Assembly: GCA_002104905.1 (NCBI GenBank)
Contig: MCFE01000579.1
Coordinates: 1 to 56,523, forward strand
Source of the DNA: Basidiobolus meristosporus CBS 931.73
Taxonomy: Eukaryota > Fungi > Basidiobolomycota
Reading direction: 5' to 3'
Length of the DNA stretch: 56,523 nucleotides
In this document: positions 1 to 11,156 of the stretch, piece by piece
How the letters are laid out: each line of letters opens with the position of its first letter
Numbering within the stretch: position 1 is the stretch's first letter
Program-made: the position numbers and the translations under genes
Notes under the pieces: model-generated
The model's input: only the letters and a program-made list of their open reading frames with translations
Databases searched by the model: none
What the model was told of the DNA's origin: nothing

Positions 1-84
1 CTACCATATCGAGATTGACGAAATCAGCTGTAAGCACCCATTTATTTATGATCTATTTCGTGTTGAGCTTCATTGAGGAATGGA

Positions 85-981
85 TTATTCGAGGTTCATG
101 CTTCGGACTCTATAGCCATAAATACGGAGACGTGTGAAGCCACCATTGGGGTATAGAGTGGCATGTACATGGGTGAACACCTTATCCTTGGGGGACAAAT
201 TCCATTCGTGCTCGACATCAGCTGCAGTCTTCTGCCTGGGAGAGACAGTAGTCCAAAAGCCTTCCTGGTTTGCAGCTGGGTCGTTATCAGGATTTTCTTC
301 CTGAGAATTACAAGCCTCCTTTGAAGCCTGAGCAGGGAAATTTCCTCGGAAGTGAAGAGTGTCGAAAATGGCTCTTTCAAGGCGTCCAGGCGCACCAAGC
401 TTGACAATCAAATAATCGATGTGACCTGGAGTTCTGGAACGCTTGGTCTCCCATCCATCACCCATATTTTCACCACGAGTAGGCAAGATGACATTAGAGG
501 CAGGCGCGAAATCATCGTTTGAAGAAACGACTACACGTGCGCCGTTGCCAACATATGCCAGGTCGACCAATTCATTTTTATCCTCAGGGAAAACGGGAAC
601 TATGCCACCGTACACACGGAAACGGGTAATTCCACCATCGGGATACTGGTTGATGCCAACGAAGTTATACGGAGCGTTATCAGGGTTATCGAGAACGAAG
701 TAATGCTTGGAGGTTGGTTGCAATTCAACCTTTGGCAGAACCTCCTTCCATTCGTAGTTGATGTCATCACCTGTAGCCAGTGCCTCGCCACTAACAAAGG
801 CTACATCCACCGAGGCCGCTGGTGCGTGATTTCTGGTGAAATGAGCGGTATCAATATCAAAACCAACGATAGAACCAGCAAAGGCGAGTTGGATAATAGC
901 CCAGTCGTGATCTGGGTTATGGCGGCGATTTTCCCAGCCATCAAACCAGGCACCAGTTTCTATGAAATTGCTTGACTGCTG
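85..981 (-). CDS. DAL2: Allantoicase (two allantoicase repeats); 5' exon not identified, possibly decaying
   Basis: The frame is open from 981 to 85. It reads WFDGWENRRHNPDHDWAII..GFDIDTAHF, YPDGGITRFRVYG, GDGWETKRSR..GHIDYLIVKLG and DTLHFRGNFP, which are allantoicase-repeat motifs. There is no in-frame ATG, and a candidate acceptor (AACAGCAG) lies near 976-983. Confidence 0.9.
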   Translation of the reverse strand, partial: QQSSNFIETGAWFDGWENRRHNPDHDWAIIQLAFAGSIVGFDIDTAHFTRNHAPAASVDVAFVSGEALATGDDINYEWKEVLPKVELQPTSKHYFVLDNPDNAPYNFVGINQYPDGGITRFRVYGGIVPVFPEDKNELVDLAYVGNGARVVVSSNDDFAPASNVILPTRGENMGDGWETKRSRTPGHIDYLIVKLGAPGRLERAIFDTLHFRGNFPAQASKEACNSQEENPDNDPAANQEGFWTTVSPRQKTAADVEHEWNLSPKDKVFTHVHATLYPNGGFTRLRIYGYRVRSMNLE

Positions 982-1694
982 TTATACCAGAGTTATTGCA
1001 CTACACCAACAATAAGAATCTGTTTTGCAAGCCCTTCACCATAGCTACTCAAATTTTCTCGCACCAGTATAAGAGAAATCAATCTTGCAGCATTGTATTA
1101 CTCTAAAGGCATACTTTCCATTGCACTTACGAAGTTTGCTCACATGTAAGCATGCTTTGATTCAATTTAATAAAAGTATATTGAAAACCACACTTTCTTT
1201 GAAATACCCCAAATTACTTTCAAGCTTACTACCACTTTGAACTCATCATAGTATATCATACGAATATCCCAGTGTAATAAAGCACATCTTTGCATTCAGA
1301 TATCTTTGGATCGCCTCTGCCCTCACAGATTGTTGGTTTCACAACATTGGCCTACTGCCAATGTGGCACCACTGCAACAAGGGAATAGAAAGCACTCCAA
1401 GTTGACTTGCATAGGTCGGTATTGCTGGGCTCAACACTCAGCAAGCATCTGAGCCCTAGGCACACACAGGAACTCTCCGGGACTCCACCTTTTGTGGCTT
1501 GACCTTGTTGCTATGTATTCACTGCAACACCCAGACTTCCTTGTTTATGATAGCCATATTTGGCACAGGTCTCCTTCACTCACTGTGACTCCCCACAGAT
1601 ATTTCACAGAATAGACAGAGAGACTCCAAATTAAGATCTATAACTTTCACACTGTTCATTGAGACCTTGTTTGAAACATTTCAAACGTCGGCTT

Positions 1695-2025
1695 TATTGT
1701 AAAAACTCGGAATTGCACCTAAATATTCACCTAACTTGGTCACTTAGATCATTACCTGCATATCTTAGAGAATTCTGAGCAAATTCCTTGTCGGGATTTA
1801 CTTAGAATATTTACCCAGAACATGAAAATTCACAAAGTTGTCCAAACAGCCCCAAACTTTGCGCACATGTTCTTGGGACCTTCCTAAACATATTCCACGT
1901 GTTTTCTGGCCAAGACCATGTCAAAGTATAAATACTACTTGTACACTCAATAAATTATTGAGTGAAAACCACATAATTGACTTGTTCTCCCAAACACTTC
2001 CAATATCTCCAAAACTCTTACAACA
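1695..2025 (+). mobile_element. Solo LTR of the Ty1/copia family at 23671-26854
   Basis: TATTG...CAACA termini, flanked by an exact 5-bp TSD GGCTT (1690-1694 and 2026-2030). It aligns along its length with the reverse complement of the LTR at 23671-24002. Confidence 0.9.
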
Positions 2026-3748
2026 GGCTTTTGGCATTTGCCTATAATTATATTTCATTACATTTTACCTTTCCTGCTGAAGTAGCCATCTGTGGTTTTG
2101 CCAGAGATTGACTCTGAGTGAATCTCATGTATAGATAGTGGAAAGTAAATCTTAGACTCAAACCATCTGGCTTTGCATATATTTCATACACTCGCGGCCT
2201 TTGGGCGAGATCATCATAGCACCCATACTCTACACTTACTCTCAGTTGACCCCTATAATTGAGACATGGCTGAATTAGCCAACACGCCCCCTCCATTGAT
2301 TGTTCCACCAGTTGCACTTGACTCTGCTTTAGCTTCTTCTGAACCTGGCGACCTTTCATACACGCTATCCCCAGATGGGCCATCTCTGTAGCATGGAAGA
2401 CATCACCTCTTGATGATCTTCTTCCTCCTACATTTAACTTGTTCCTGAGTTGCAATAAAATCATAAGACAAATAGTAGAGTCAGATTTATCCGTGAGAAC
2501 TATTCTGTCTGGGGCCATTCAGCAGCTATATCACAAATACAAGCTAAAATCTACATCTAAAAGCCTATACCGCACCTACATGGCGATACTAGATAGGAAT
2601 AGGAGATCTGCTGATTGTTGCACAGAAGAAGTTTTAATGTTTGGCGAAGCTTGTGCAACATTGAGTATATCTAACCTGATCGTTGCCTACTCCAGAGTGT
2701 TATTTCAGCCATGTCGGGAAATTCGTCTCTGGCCTCCAAACATTATCCGTACTCTCTGGCTTGGGTAGCTGCAACGGGAAGGTAGAGTGCTGATAACAGG
2801 GCTGGACATCAAGAATGATGGCTGCATTTCTTAACTTGAAAGGGATCTATACAATATGTGATCCCTGAGGCATCATGGGAAAATCCGGTTTAAAGACACT
2901 GATGTAGTTGTGGTTGGGATTATTACTGGCACTCTAGTAGAAACGAAGCGAGCTACCAGTCAGATCAATACACTCGGGCCCATCATCCTAGAATGGACAC
3001 TAGTTGCAGCAACTACCAATCAGAGCTACTTTATAGGAGCTAGCAATGTCCTCATTGGATATATCCCATGTTCATCGTCCATGAGCAATACGTCCTACCG
3101 GATCAGTGATCCAAACTCAGAAATTGCTTGTCTGGATAAACCTTGTGTACAACCAGAATGCCAGGAATGAGTTTAATTTTATTTGCACTCCTGTTAGTTA
3201 TGAAGCATGACCGGCGACTCATGGTGCTGAGGGGTGAGGATGCAGTCAAACAGCAGCCATCTTCAGCAAGTTTTCAATGGCAATTACAGAGAGGGGGTCC
3301 CAATCATAGGGAGTGCTCAGGTAGCACCAGAGTCAGTAGCACGTTAGAGGCTATATTAAGTTGATTGTTTTTGGCTTCAGTTCAGAAAACTGGTGAAAGG
3401 CGCAGCTATGGATGAAATCCTTATATCCGATATATTGAGCTGAAGAGCATCGGTGGAAACCAACGAGCACAAGGTTTCATCGCAACAGCATCGTGGTGAT
3501 GGTTGGTCACAGTGGAGATTACTGTCCTTCGTGGCCATACCTGCCCAGAAATATCCTGTTAGCTGGGAAGCTATATCGGGACGAGCGTTCTTGTTCTCGG
3601 GTCATCGATGTTTGGAATCGAGCGCCGTTGGACATTTATGGTGCTAATTTTCCGAATTGACTTCTATTTCTACTGCCACTTCGCCATAAATTGCTCCCTC
3701 TGGATGGAAAATCTACTCTCTGATACATATGTTTCATAAGCCTAAGCG

Positions 3749-6700
3749 ATGAGCAAAGGGAATCTCCATCAAAATCAGTATCATCCTTCAGCTTATGCGC
3801 ATGAAACCTCCACCATATCGGATAGCCAGGAAGCGGCAGCTTCGCTTTCTGCACCTCTGCCTCAGCCGCCTTCTGGCTACGCTGGCGAAGTACGCAGCAC
3901 CGACAATCACGCGGGCACCAACAACGAGATTCTGATAACCTTGAGAGATCTGACTTTAACATTATCCCGCCACCCTCCGAAGTTTACTTGGCTTCCATAT
4001 GCACTCCCTTATCTTCGGGAGCAAAGAATCACCCAAACCATCTTTCGAGATGTGTCGCTTAGCTTTGGGCCGGGTTTGGTTCACGGCATACTTGGGGCTT
4101 CTGGTTCCGGGAAAACCTCTTTATTGAATTGCCTCTCCGGTCGAATTCACCCCTCGGAAAAGCCATCGGTTTCTTTATGGTCGCGATTTCTCTCGACCCC
4201 TCAGGTTTCACTTACCGGGCAACTGGACATACAGCCTTCCACAGCCAAAATCTGCTATGTGACGCAGCAAGATTTCCTGATGCCCTATCTCACAGTACGG
4301 GAGACTCTGACCTACGCAGCGAGATTACAAGCCAGTCACGGCTCAACGGAGATTGCCCGACAAGTGGAGGAGATAATTGTGGAGCTGGGCTTGGTGGACT
4401 GCGCCGATGTGTTAATTGGCGATACTCGTGTTCGGGGTTGCTCTGGGGGGCAGCGGCGGCGTGTTTCGATCGGGGTTCAAATGCTTACAAACCCGGCCAT
4501 ATTAATACTGGATGAACCTACCTCTGGATTGGATGCCTTCACCGCCAAAACCATCGTGGAGACGCTTCATTTCCTAGCTCGTAAGCGAGGCACCATGGTT
4601 GTCGTGACTGTGCATCAGCCTCGATCCCAGATCTTCTCGTTGCTGGACACGGTGACCTTGGTGTCCAGTGGGCGGGTGGTCTACTCGGGCTCGCAGCCGA
4701 TCGCGTATTTTTCGTCCATCGGCTACACCTGCCCAACGGACGTTAACCCAGCCGATTATCTGCTAGACCTTGTTGCCGTTGACTTCCGATCCTCGAGCGC
4801 GAGTGCCAAGTCCAAAGAGCTAATCCACAAGTTTGCCGATGATTTTGGCGCGTTCCAACGTTGCCAAATGGCAGCCGACGACGCCGCAGCCCCGCCAGGT
4901 GTAAGCGCCGGAGGGTCTTCTCACACCGCCAGATCGATCGACTACCCGTCATCGCTCTTTATTCAAATCAAAACGCTAACGTCGCGAACGTTCACGAACC
5001 TCAGGCGAGATCGCATCTCGTTGCTGGGCTGCTTCTTCGAGGCTCTGATCATGAGCTTGGTCACCGGGTTTCTCTTCTTGAATTTGGATAGCACCCTGTC
5101 TGGAATTCAGTCGCGGATTGGCTTGATCTACATTAGCAGCTCTATCCACCCGTACTTGATTATAGTCTACTCGGTGTACCGCATCGCCTATACGATCCCC
5201 TCGTTTGACCGTGACCGTCAGGACAAACTGTACTCCCCTTTTGCATATCTGGCCTCTCAGTTGGTAGCCTACTCTCCTTTCGACGTCTTCTTCCCGGTGA
5301 TGTTTGGTGTCATCATCTATTTCATGACTGGCCTCCGAACGGATGGCGCCGGTGCGTGGCATTTCTGGGTTTGGACCTATGTCATGGTCCTCAACCAGTA
5401 TATTTCCATCTGGCTCGCATCCTTCTGTGTTGCAGTGATCCGTGATTACCCCACAGCGTCGCTGATGTCCAACTCGCTAGTGACGTTTGCCGGCTTGTCT
5501 TGCGGCTTTTTCGTCCAGATCGACACGGTCCCAGTCTACCTGTCGTGGATCAAGCATATCTCATTTGTCTACTATCCGTTCAGGCTGCTGATCACCAACG
5601 AATTTACTGACCAGGACTTCCCTTGCCCCCTACCCGATCCCAACAACCCCGTGTGCCAGCAGTATCAGGGGAAGTTCGTGCTTCAAAACTTGGGTTTTCA
5701 GCCGAACGAGTACGCATACTACATGGTCGGATTGGCCATCATGCTGGTGGTATTGATGTTGATGACCTGGGTGGCGATGTCTTTGATAAAGATCGACTTC
5801 CTGGTGATCGCCTCTTCACCTACATCATCGCATGGCCATTCGCAGACACCCGAACAAGATCCCTCGTGGCTCTCGGCGGACCTCACTACTGATGGCCCTT
5901 GTGTGGTTGCTTGTGAGCAGCCACCAGTCATCGGTATCCAAATCAAGAATCTTCGACTTGTTGTCCACAAGCGAATAGTCTTGACATCTACTCAGACCGT
6001 TCTGCTGAACAACGTATCCGCCACCTTTCTCCCGGGCAAGGTGAACGTTATCCTTGGTGAAAGCGGGTCAGGGAAGACCACCCTTCTAAAGCAGATTGCC
6101 CGCCGTAATAATTTTACATCCTTCAATGTCCGTGGGGAGATCACCTTTGGTAAGTATGGACAAGTCTACGGCGAGAACCTGAAGAACATCTTGGCGTTCG
6201 TCGATCAAGATGATGATGCCTTGCTCCTGCCCTCGTTGTCAGTCCGCGAAACTCTACTCTACGCAGCCAGATTGCGCCTTCCTGGCAATTCCATTTCCCG
6301 GGAATCACTCGAACGACGGGTAGACTCGCTCATTCGCAGCCTCGGTCTGCAACAATGCCGTGAGCATATCGTAGGTGATGAGCGGCATAAAGGGATATCC
6401 GGCGGGGAGCGAAAGCGAGTCGCAATCGCCATCCAAATGCTCAAGCAGCCACGCATACTGGTCTTGGACGAACCTACTTCAGGTCTGGATACATTTACTG
6501 CCCATCACCTGATGTTGCTGCTTCGCGATCTGGCTGATAGGGAGGGCACCACCATCCTGTGCACACTTCACCAGCCACGTTCCGATATCTTCCCAATGAT
6601 GGACTCTGTTCTAGTGTTGGCCAAGGGGGGCTCTCCGATTTACTCCGGCCCCGCAACTCAGATGCTGCAGTATTTTCAGCAACAGAATTTGCATTGCCCA

Positions 6701-7840
6701 GCGGGAACCAATCCAACCGATTTTGTGCTGGATATCGCTGCTTGCGATCAACGTAACCCTAGTGCAGATAAGCTTACGAGAGAGCGTGTCGCAATGCTTA
6801 TCCAATCTTTCCATCAGAGATTTGACGACAAGCAGTTGCCAGGTGATCCCGTTGATTCCAAAGAACAGATTGAACAGCTGCCGGTGGTTATCTATCGACC
6901 TTACCAGCTTTTTTCCGTGCGCACGACTTCGATTCTAGTGTCTCGCACGTTGACGAACATGGCCAGACAGCCACTTATGATCTTTTCCCGGCTGGGCCAA
7001 CTCCTTGCCTACGCACTCATCCTAACCATCTTTTTTGCCCCTCTTCCCGAGGACCAGGCGGGCTACCGAAATCGGTTCGGCGTGATGCAGGAGTGTTTGG
7101 CGTTTCTTTTTGTGGGAATGCTGAACAATGTTGTGGCCTACCCAAGTGAGCGGAACCTGTTCTATTCGGAGCACAAGGACAACTCCTACCACACGCTCCC
7201 ATTTGTTCTGTCGTACATGTCCCATGAGGTGCCAGTTGAAATCATCTCGGCATTGATTGTCGCAGCCCTTCTCTCATTTGTGGTTGGCATGTTTAGTACG
7301 GTGACTGGCTATTTCTCGTTGGTCCTGATCATCTTTGTGTGCGCAAATGCTGGTGAATCTATCGGCATCATTTTTTGCTCGATCGTATACACCGTCGGCT
7401 TCTCCATCAACCTGACGTCAACGATTCTCTCGCTCGCGATGCTTACGGCAGGATTTCTTTCGCTCGACCCACCCGCCTTCTTCCCTGCCATTAACCACAT
7501 CTCGCTTCTCAACTACTTGGCCCCCCTTCTAACCGATATTGTGTTCGAAGATACCACTTTTGCCTGTACAGAAAGCCAAAGATTGTCGAATGGCGTATGT
7601 CCAATAAGCACAGGGGCGGATGCCATGCGTCTGTATGGTTTCGATCCGGACAACATCAACAAGCCGCTAAACTTCTGTCTGATTGTGGTCGTTGCCATTG
7701 CCTATCGGTTGATTGCTGTTCTTGCCGTGAAGCTACGAGTAGATGGACCCCCATCATTTCTTAAGCGCTTGTCAGTCGCGTCACTCAAGAAGCCCGACGA
7801 TTCGAGTCAGTTGGCATCAGGTAGAGTGGAGAAAGACTGA
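3749..7840 (+). CDS. Full-size ABCG transporter, (NBD-TMD)2 topology, YOL075C-like
   Basis: Single 1363-aa ORF. NBD1 has GASGSGKT, CSGGQRRR, ILILDEPTSGLD and VHQP. NBD2 has GESGSGKT, ISGGERKR, LVLDEPTSGLD and LHQP. Each NBD is followed by a multi-pass hydrophobic domain. Confidence 0.95.
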   Translation: MSKGNLHQNQYHPSAYAHETSTISDSQEAAASLSAPLPQPPSGYAGEVRSTDNHAGTNNEILITLRDLTLTLSRHPPKFTWLPYALPYLREQRITQTIFRDVSLSFGPGLVHGILGASGSGKTSLLNCLSGRIHPSEKPSVSLWSRFLSTPQVSLTGQLDIQPSTAKICYVTQQDFLMPYLTVRETLTYAARLQASHGSTEIARQVEEIIVELGLVDCADVLIGDTRVRGCSGGQRRRVSIGVQMLTNPAILILDEPTSGLDAFTAKTIVETLHFLARKRGTMVVVTVHQPRSQIFSLLDTVTLVSSGRVVYSGSQPIAYFSSIGYTCPTDVNPADYLLDLVAVDFRSSSASAKSKELIHKFADDFGAFQRCQMAADDAAAPPGVSAGGSSHTARSIDYPSSLFIQIKTLTSRTFTNLRRDRISLLGCFFEALIMSLVTGFLFLNLDSTLSGIQSRIGLIYISSSIHPYLIIVYSVYRIAYTIPSFDRDRQDKLYSPFAYLASQLVAYSPFDVFFPVMFGVIIYFMTGLRTDGAGAWHFWVWTYVMVLNQYISIWLASFCVAVIRDYPTASLMSNSLVTFAGLSCGFFVQIDTVPVYLSWIKHISFVYYPFRLLITNEFTDQDFPCPLPDPNNPVCQQYQGKFVLQNLGFQPNEYAYYMVGLAIMLVVLMLMTWVAMSLIKIDFLVIASSPTSSHGHSQTPEQDPSWLSADLTTDGPCVVACEQPPVIGIQIKNLRLVVHKRIVLTSTQTVLLNNVSATFLPGKVNVILGESGSGKTTLLKQIARRNNFTSFNVRGEITFGKYGQVYGENLKNILAFVDQDDDALLLPSLSVRETLLYAARLRLPGNSISRESLERRVDSLIRSLGLQQCREHIVGDERHKGISGGERKRVAIAIQMLKQPRILVLDEPTSGLDTFTAHHLMLLLRDLADREGTTILCTLHQPRSDIFPMMDSVLVLAKGGSPIYSGPATQMLQYFQQQNLHCPAGTNPTDFVLDIAACDQRNPSADKLTRERVAMLIQSFHQRFDDKQLPGDPVDSKEQIEQLPVVIYRPYQLFSVRTTSILVSRTLTNMARQPLMIFSRLGQLLAYALILTIFFAPLPEDQAGYRNRFGVMQECLAFLFVGMLNNVVAYPSERNLFYSEHKDNSYHTLPFVLSYMSHEVPVEIISALIVAALLSFVVGMFSTVTGYFSLVLIIFVCANAGESIGIIFCSIVYTVGFSINLTSTILSLAMLTAGFLSLDPPAFFPAINHISLLNYLAPLLTDIVFEDTTFACTESQRLSNGVCPISTGADAMRLYGFDPDNINKPLNFCLIVVVAIAYRLIAVLAVKLRVDGPPSFLKRLSVASLKKPDDSSQLASGRVEKD

Positions 7841-8966
7841 TCAAGAATTTGGTCACAATCGGCCGAATCATCGAATCATCTATAGCCTCCCTTAATCTTG
7901 GGTCGCCTCGACCCCGGAAATTGCCCATTGTACTTGTATACCCCGTAATTCATCACACTCGCTATTTAGTCCCCGCATGCACGCTTAATAAATGCCATTG
8001 AGATTGGACGGGGTCTTTCAGGGTAGCTCCTTTGACGGGGGACCACGTTTTGGTTTTTGTGAGTCAGCAGTAGCCGAACTCCTCACGCGGTGTTGGCCAA
8101 CAACCCCACCATCCGCAGGCATGTGAATCGAAGCGTATATGCATCCCCTCCCTGGCAAACGTCTGTTGATCCATTGTCGAGCCGACATGTGACAGGATAA
8201 ATATACGCAACGGTCTTATATAAAGCCCCACGGCATTTCTGCCAGTTCCATGGGATCGGTATTAACAGCCGCATCGGCAACAATAGCATTGGCATTGGTG
8301 ATCAAGGGATTTTTTCTCCCTGGCAACCGGGTTGCCTAATTTTCCACCCACTCAAGCCGTTGTGTTTCATGCGGGATGCACTCCATCTCGTTGTATTATT
8401 AGCCGCTCGCAGACGAGGTGTTTATTTTTCAATCTGAATCTATTTTTGGCGTGCTGTCTGCTTCTTGGGTGATGCGGCCGCCCGATGACGTCACCCGCGG
8501 GCTTGGGAATTTAGGCTGTCAACCCATCGCTTCATAGATCCCCAAAAGCCTCAAAGCGCACCTCCACTTGACTGTCATTGCCGACAGCAGACCCTGCCGC
8601 TGTCGAAGCCATGCCACCACCCAGCCTCGTCCGGGCGGGCATCACTCGCACTGTTCCATACTGGTGGGGTGCGCCTGACGCGATTCTCGCCAACACCCCT
8701 CGGCTGAGCAGCCTAATTTTCATCAAGATCCAGCCCTCAACGGTAACGGTGAATAGCACTCCGATGGGCCGTTGATTGGCCCCCCGGCCTCAGCTGATTA
8801 GGAGGCCCCTCCCGGTTCGCCAGGCTCCGACCAGTGTGGTCGACCGCGATGGCATCTACCAATCTCACCCTTCCTCCTCCCTCCTACTGGCCGGTGGCGT
8901 TTTGTCCAGCCGCTGACCATCCATGGGTCGCTATTATTCATGTGTGAATACCGAATGTCGGTGATT

Positions 8967-9798
8967 TTATTGGAAAGTGGCCAAGTAGCTCAGCATGGCT
9001 GACATTAGGATGACCATGATGGACGGTATGGCCTGGACGGCCCCGTTAACACGCTCGGCGTTGGCATTTTGTTGTGGGGGGGTTGCGACGGGGTCGGCGG
9101 TGGTGGTTTGTGTGACTGATGGGGAAACGAGGGTGCTTGAAGGGACTACCGAAGTGATGGTGCTTTCGGGGACTACTGAGGATGCAGATGAGCTGTCAGT
9201 GGCTGGGGAGGATGTGGCGCTCGAAGAGGCTACGCTGGAAACAGCGGTGTTGGGGATGGTTGTCGTGACGGTTACAGTGGCGGCATAGGATTTGGAGGTG
9301 GTGGGGACGGGCGGGGCAACGGAGGCCGATGCGGAAGCACTGCTAGATGGGGATTCGCTGGCGTTAGCATCAGGAGCAGTGATGGTGAAGTATGGTGTGT
9401 AGGAGCCGTCACCGCCACCAGCCCGTAGAACGTATTGGCCAGGGGCGATGTCAGTAGGGATGGTCCATTCGTAGGTGCCAGCGGCAGAGCTCACACCAGA
9501 GGCAACATTGGCAACAAGTTGGAGAGTGTTGGCGTTGCCGTTTAGGAGATAAAGATCGAATGTTTCGGGCATCCCTTTGCCGTCGCCATTGTCGGTCCTA
9601 GAGTTGGATGGATTTGGTTAGTGAATGGAGCACGTGGGAAGGAGTGCACTGCTGGGATGAAGCATACCAGGTGATTATGTTCTTTGTACCTGCCTTCCAG
9701 TCAACACCCAAAGGGGCGGTGAAAGCAAGGGTGGCATCCACGACTGAGTAGCACACTAAGGAAGCAACGAACAGGATTTGGGCCGCTTGTTGAAGCAT
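8967..9798 (-). CDS. Secreted GPI-anchored Ser/Thr-rich cell-surface protein (Kre9/KNH-like N-terminal Ig-like domain)
   Basis: Exon 1 (9798-9668) encodes a signal peptide MLQQAAQILFVASLVCYSVVDA and FTAPLGVDWKAGTKNIITW. A GTATGC..CTAAC..TAG intron lies at 9667-9598. Exon 2 has YEWTIP..PGQYVL..YTPYFTI, an S/T/P-rich stalk and a hydrophobic C-terminal GPI signal. Confidence 0.85.
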
Positions 9799-11156
9799 GA
9801 GAGGCAGTGAGGATCGATTTGAAAGTGAGTGTAAAGGACGGAGGGATTTCTGTTGGGCCAGGCTGCAGGGATGCAGCAATTTATACTCCAGAGGCCCTCG
9901 GGATTTGCGAGGACAACTCCAGCCTGCTGAGTATACCATCGAATGACATCCAAAGCTATGCCAAATCCGGACATTAATCATAAATATGATGCCATCCCTC
10001 ACGGCTGCAAAATGAACTTTCGGTGCTCTGGACCCTGATTGGTGTGTGGGCGATATTCATAGAAGCGGGGAAAGACGATGGATTCGAATTGGTGATCGGA
10101 TTTGAGACATTCGCACTGCCAGTTGGGGTCGACTCAACCTCTACTGCGCTCTGTCGGGGAAATTCAGGAAGACCCCATTGCCAAGAAAGAGGATGAGGCA
10201 CAGGGAGAGCGACAGCAAGGCACGGCCAGTGATAGAGGCTGGGTCTTTGTGGTGGGCCCGGGGACTGGAATGTGGCGAGGATGATTCAGCAATTACTGAT
10301 AATTGGCGGAGTGTATTCGTAACAACCTCCATAGAATCTCGAGTCCAATGGATCCAGCTGAAGGGAATGCTCGCCGAAAAGCAGTAGGGAGATTTGATGG
10401 ACACCCGTGACGCATGCTGATAACAATCTTCTCGATATTCAATCGAAGATCTTTTGCTTGGGTTACACCAGATATGACGATGATGAGGGCATTACATGTT
10501 GCCGTTTGACATTGTCACTACGAATGTTCCAACAAGAAATTCATTTAATCTGACAACGACTGAGCTAGCTAGCAACCACGAAGCGCTTCTCACTGGTTCA
10601 GTGTCAGAGATAAATGAATCCCGCGAATCCTATCATACAGCTAACCGTGCGCTAGGCAATCACAGACACCATAATGCTTATGTCACTTTAATATATCTCC
10701 TTCGCCGAATCATATCGTGTAACCAAGTGTTGGTACTTTGACGCCTTGATCTGCTGATGACCCTAGAGGCATCAAGAACGATTGAACTACCGGTGCTAGC
10801 TCCCCTCGAACACAGCCAGGCTATTAAATTCGTCACCTGTGTGTCTGCCAAGTTTACCGTCCCCACCTGGATATCCTTGGGCGCGAGGGTGCCTGGCATT
10901 ATCTGAGCCTGTGGGCCAATGGTTGATGTTGAAAGGGTTAGCTGCCCCTCTCTCGCATATAGAACTCTTCCTCATCCGTTAGATGCCATTTTAATCTGGA
11001 TATATATATATATATATTATATTATACCGGCTAAATTCAATTGAGGTTTGGGACGGAGAGTGGATCAACGGGTCTTATAACAAACAAATGGGTGGGATAT
11101 CTCGATGGCGTAGACATACAAAATTGATCGTGGTATGCTTCTGGAAAAACTACTCA

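Noticed and set aside
1080-3400. Possible degraded non-LTR (LINE) RT relic on the minus strand (LSSIAM*V..RLLD; YGCYDDLA)
   Set aside because: Only two faint motifs, with implausible spacing and no continuous frame. It cannot be supported without a translated HMM search.
4129-7698. Many short ORFs overlapping the ABC transporter
   Set aside because: Shadow ORFs of a GC-rich CDS with no family motifs.
9974-10900. Short ORFs upstream of the GPI-protein gene
   Set aside because: No consistent exon chain or motif. The region is more likely promoter/UTR.
10998-11026. (AT)n tract as a regulatory or 6mA signal
   Set aside because: An ordinary short microsatellite. Modification cannot be inferred from sequence.
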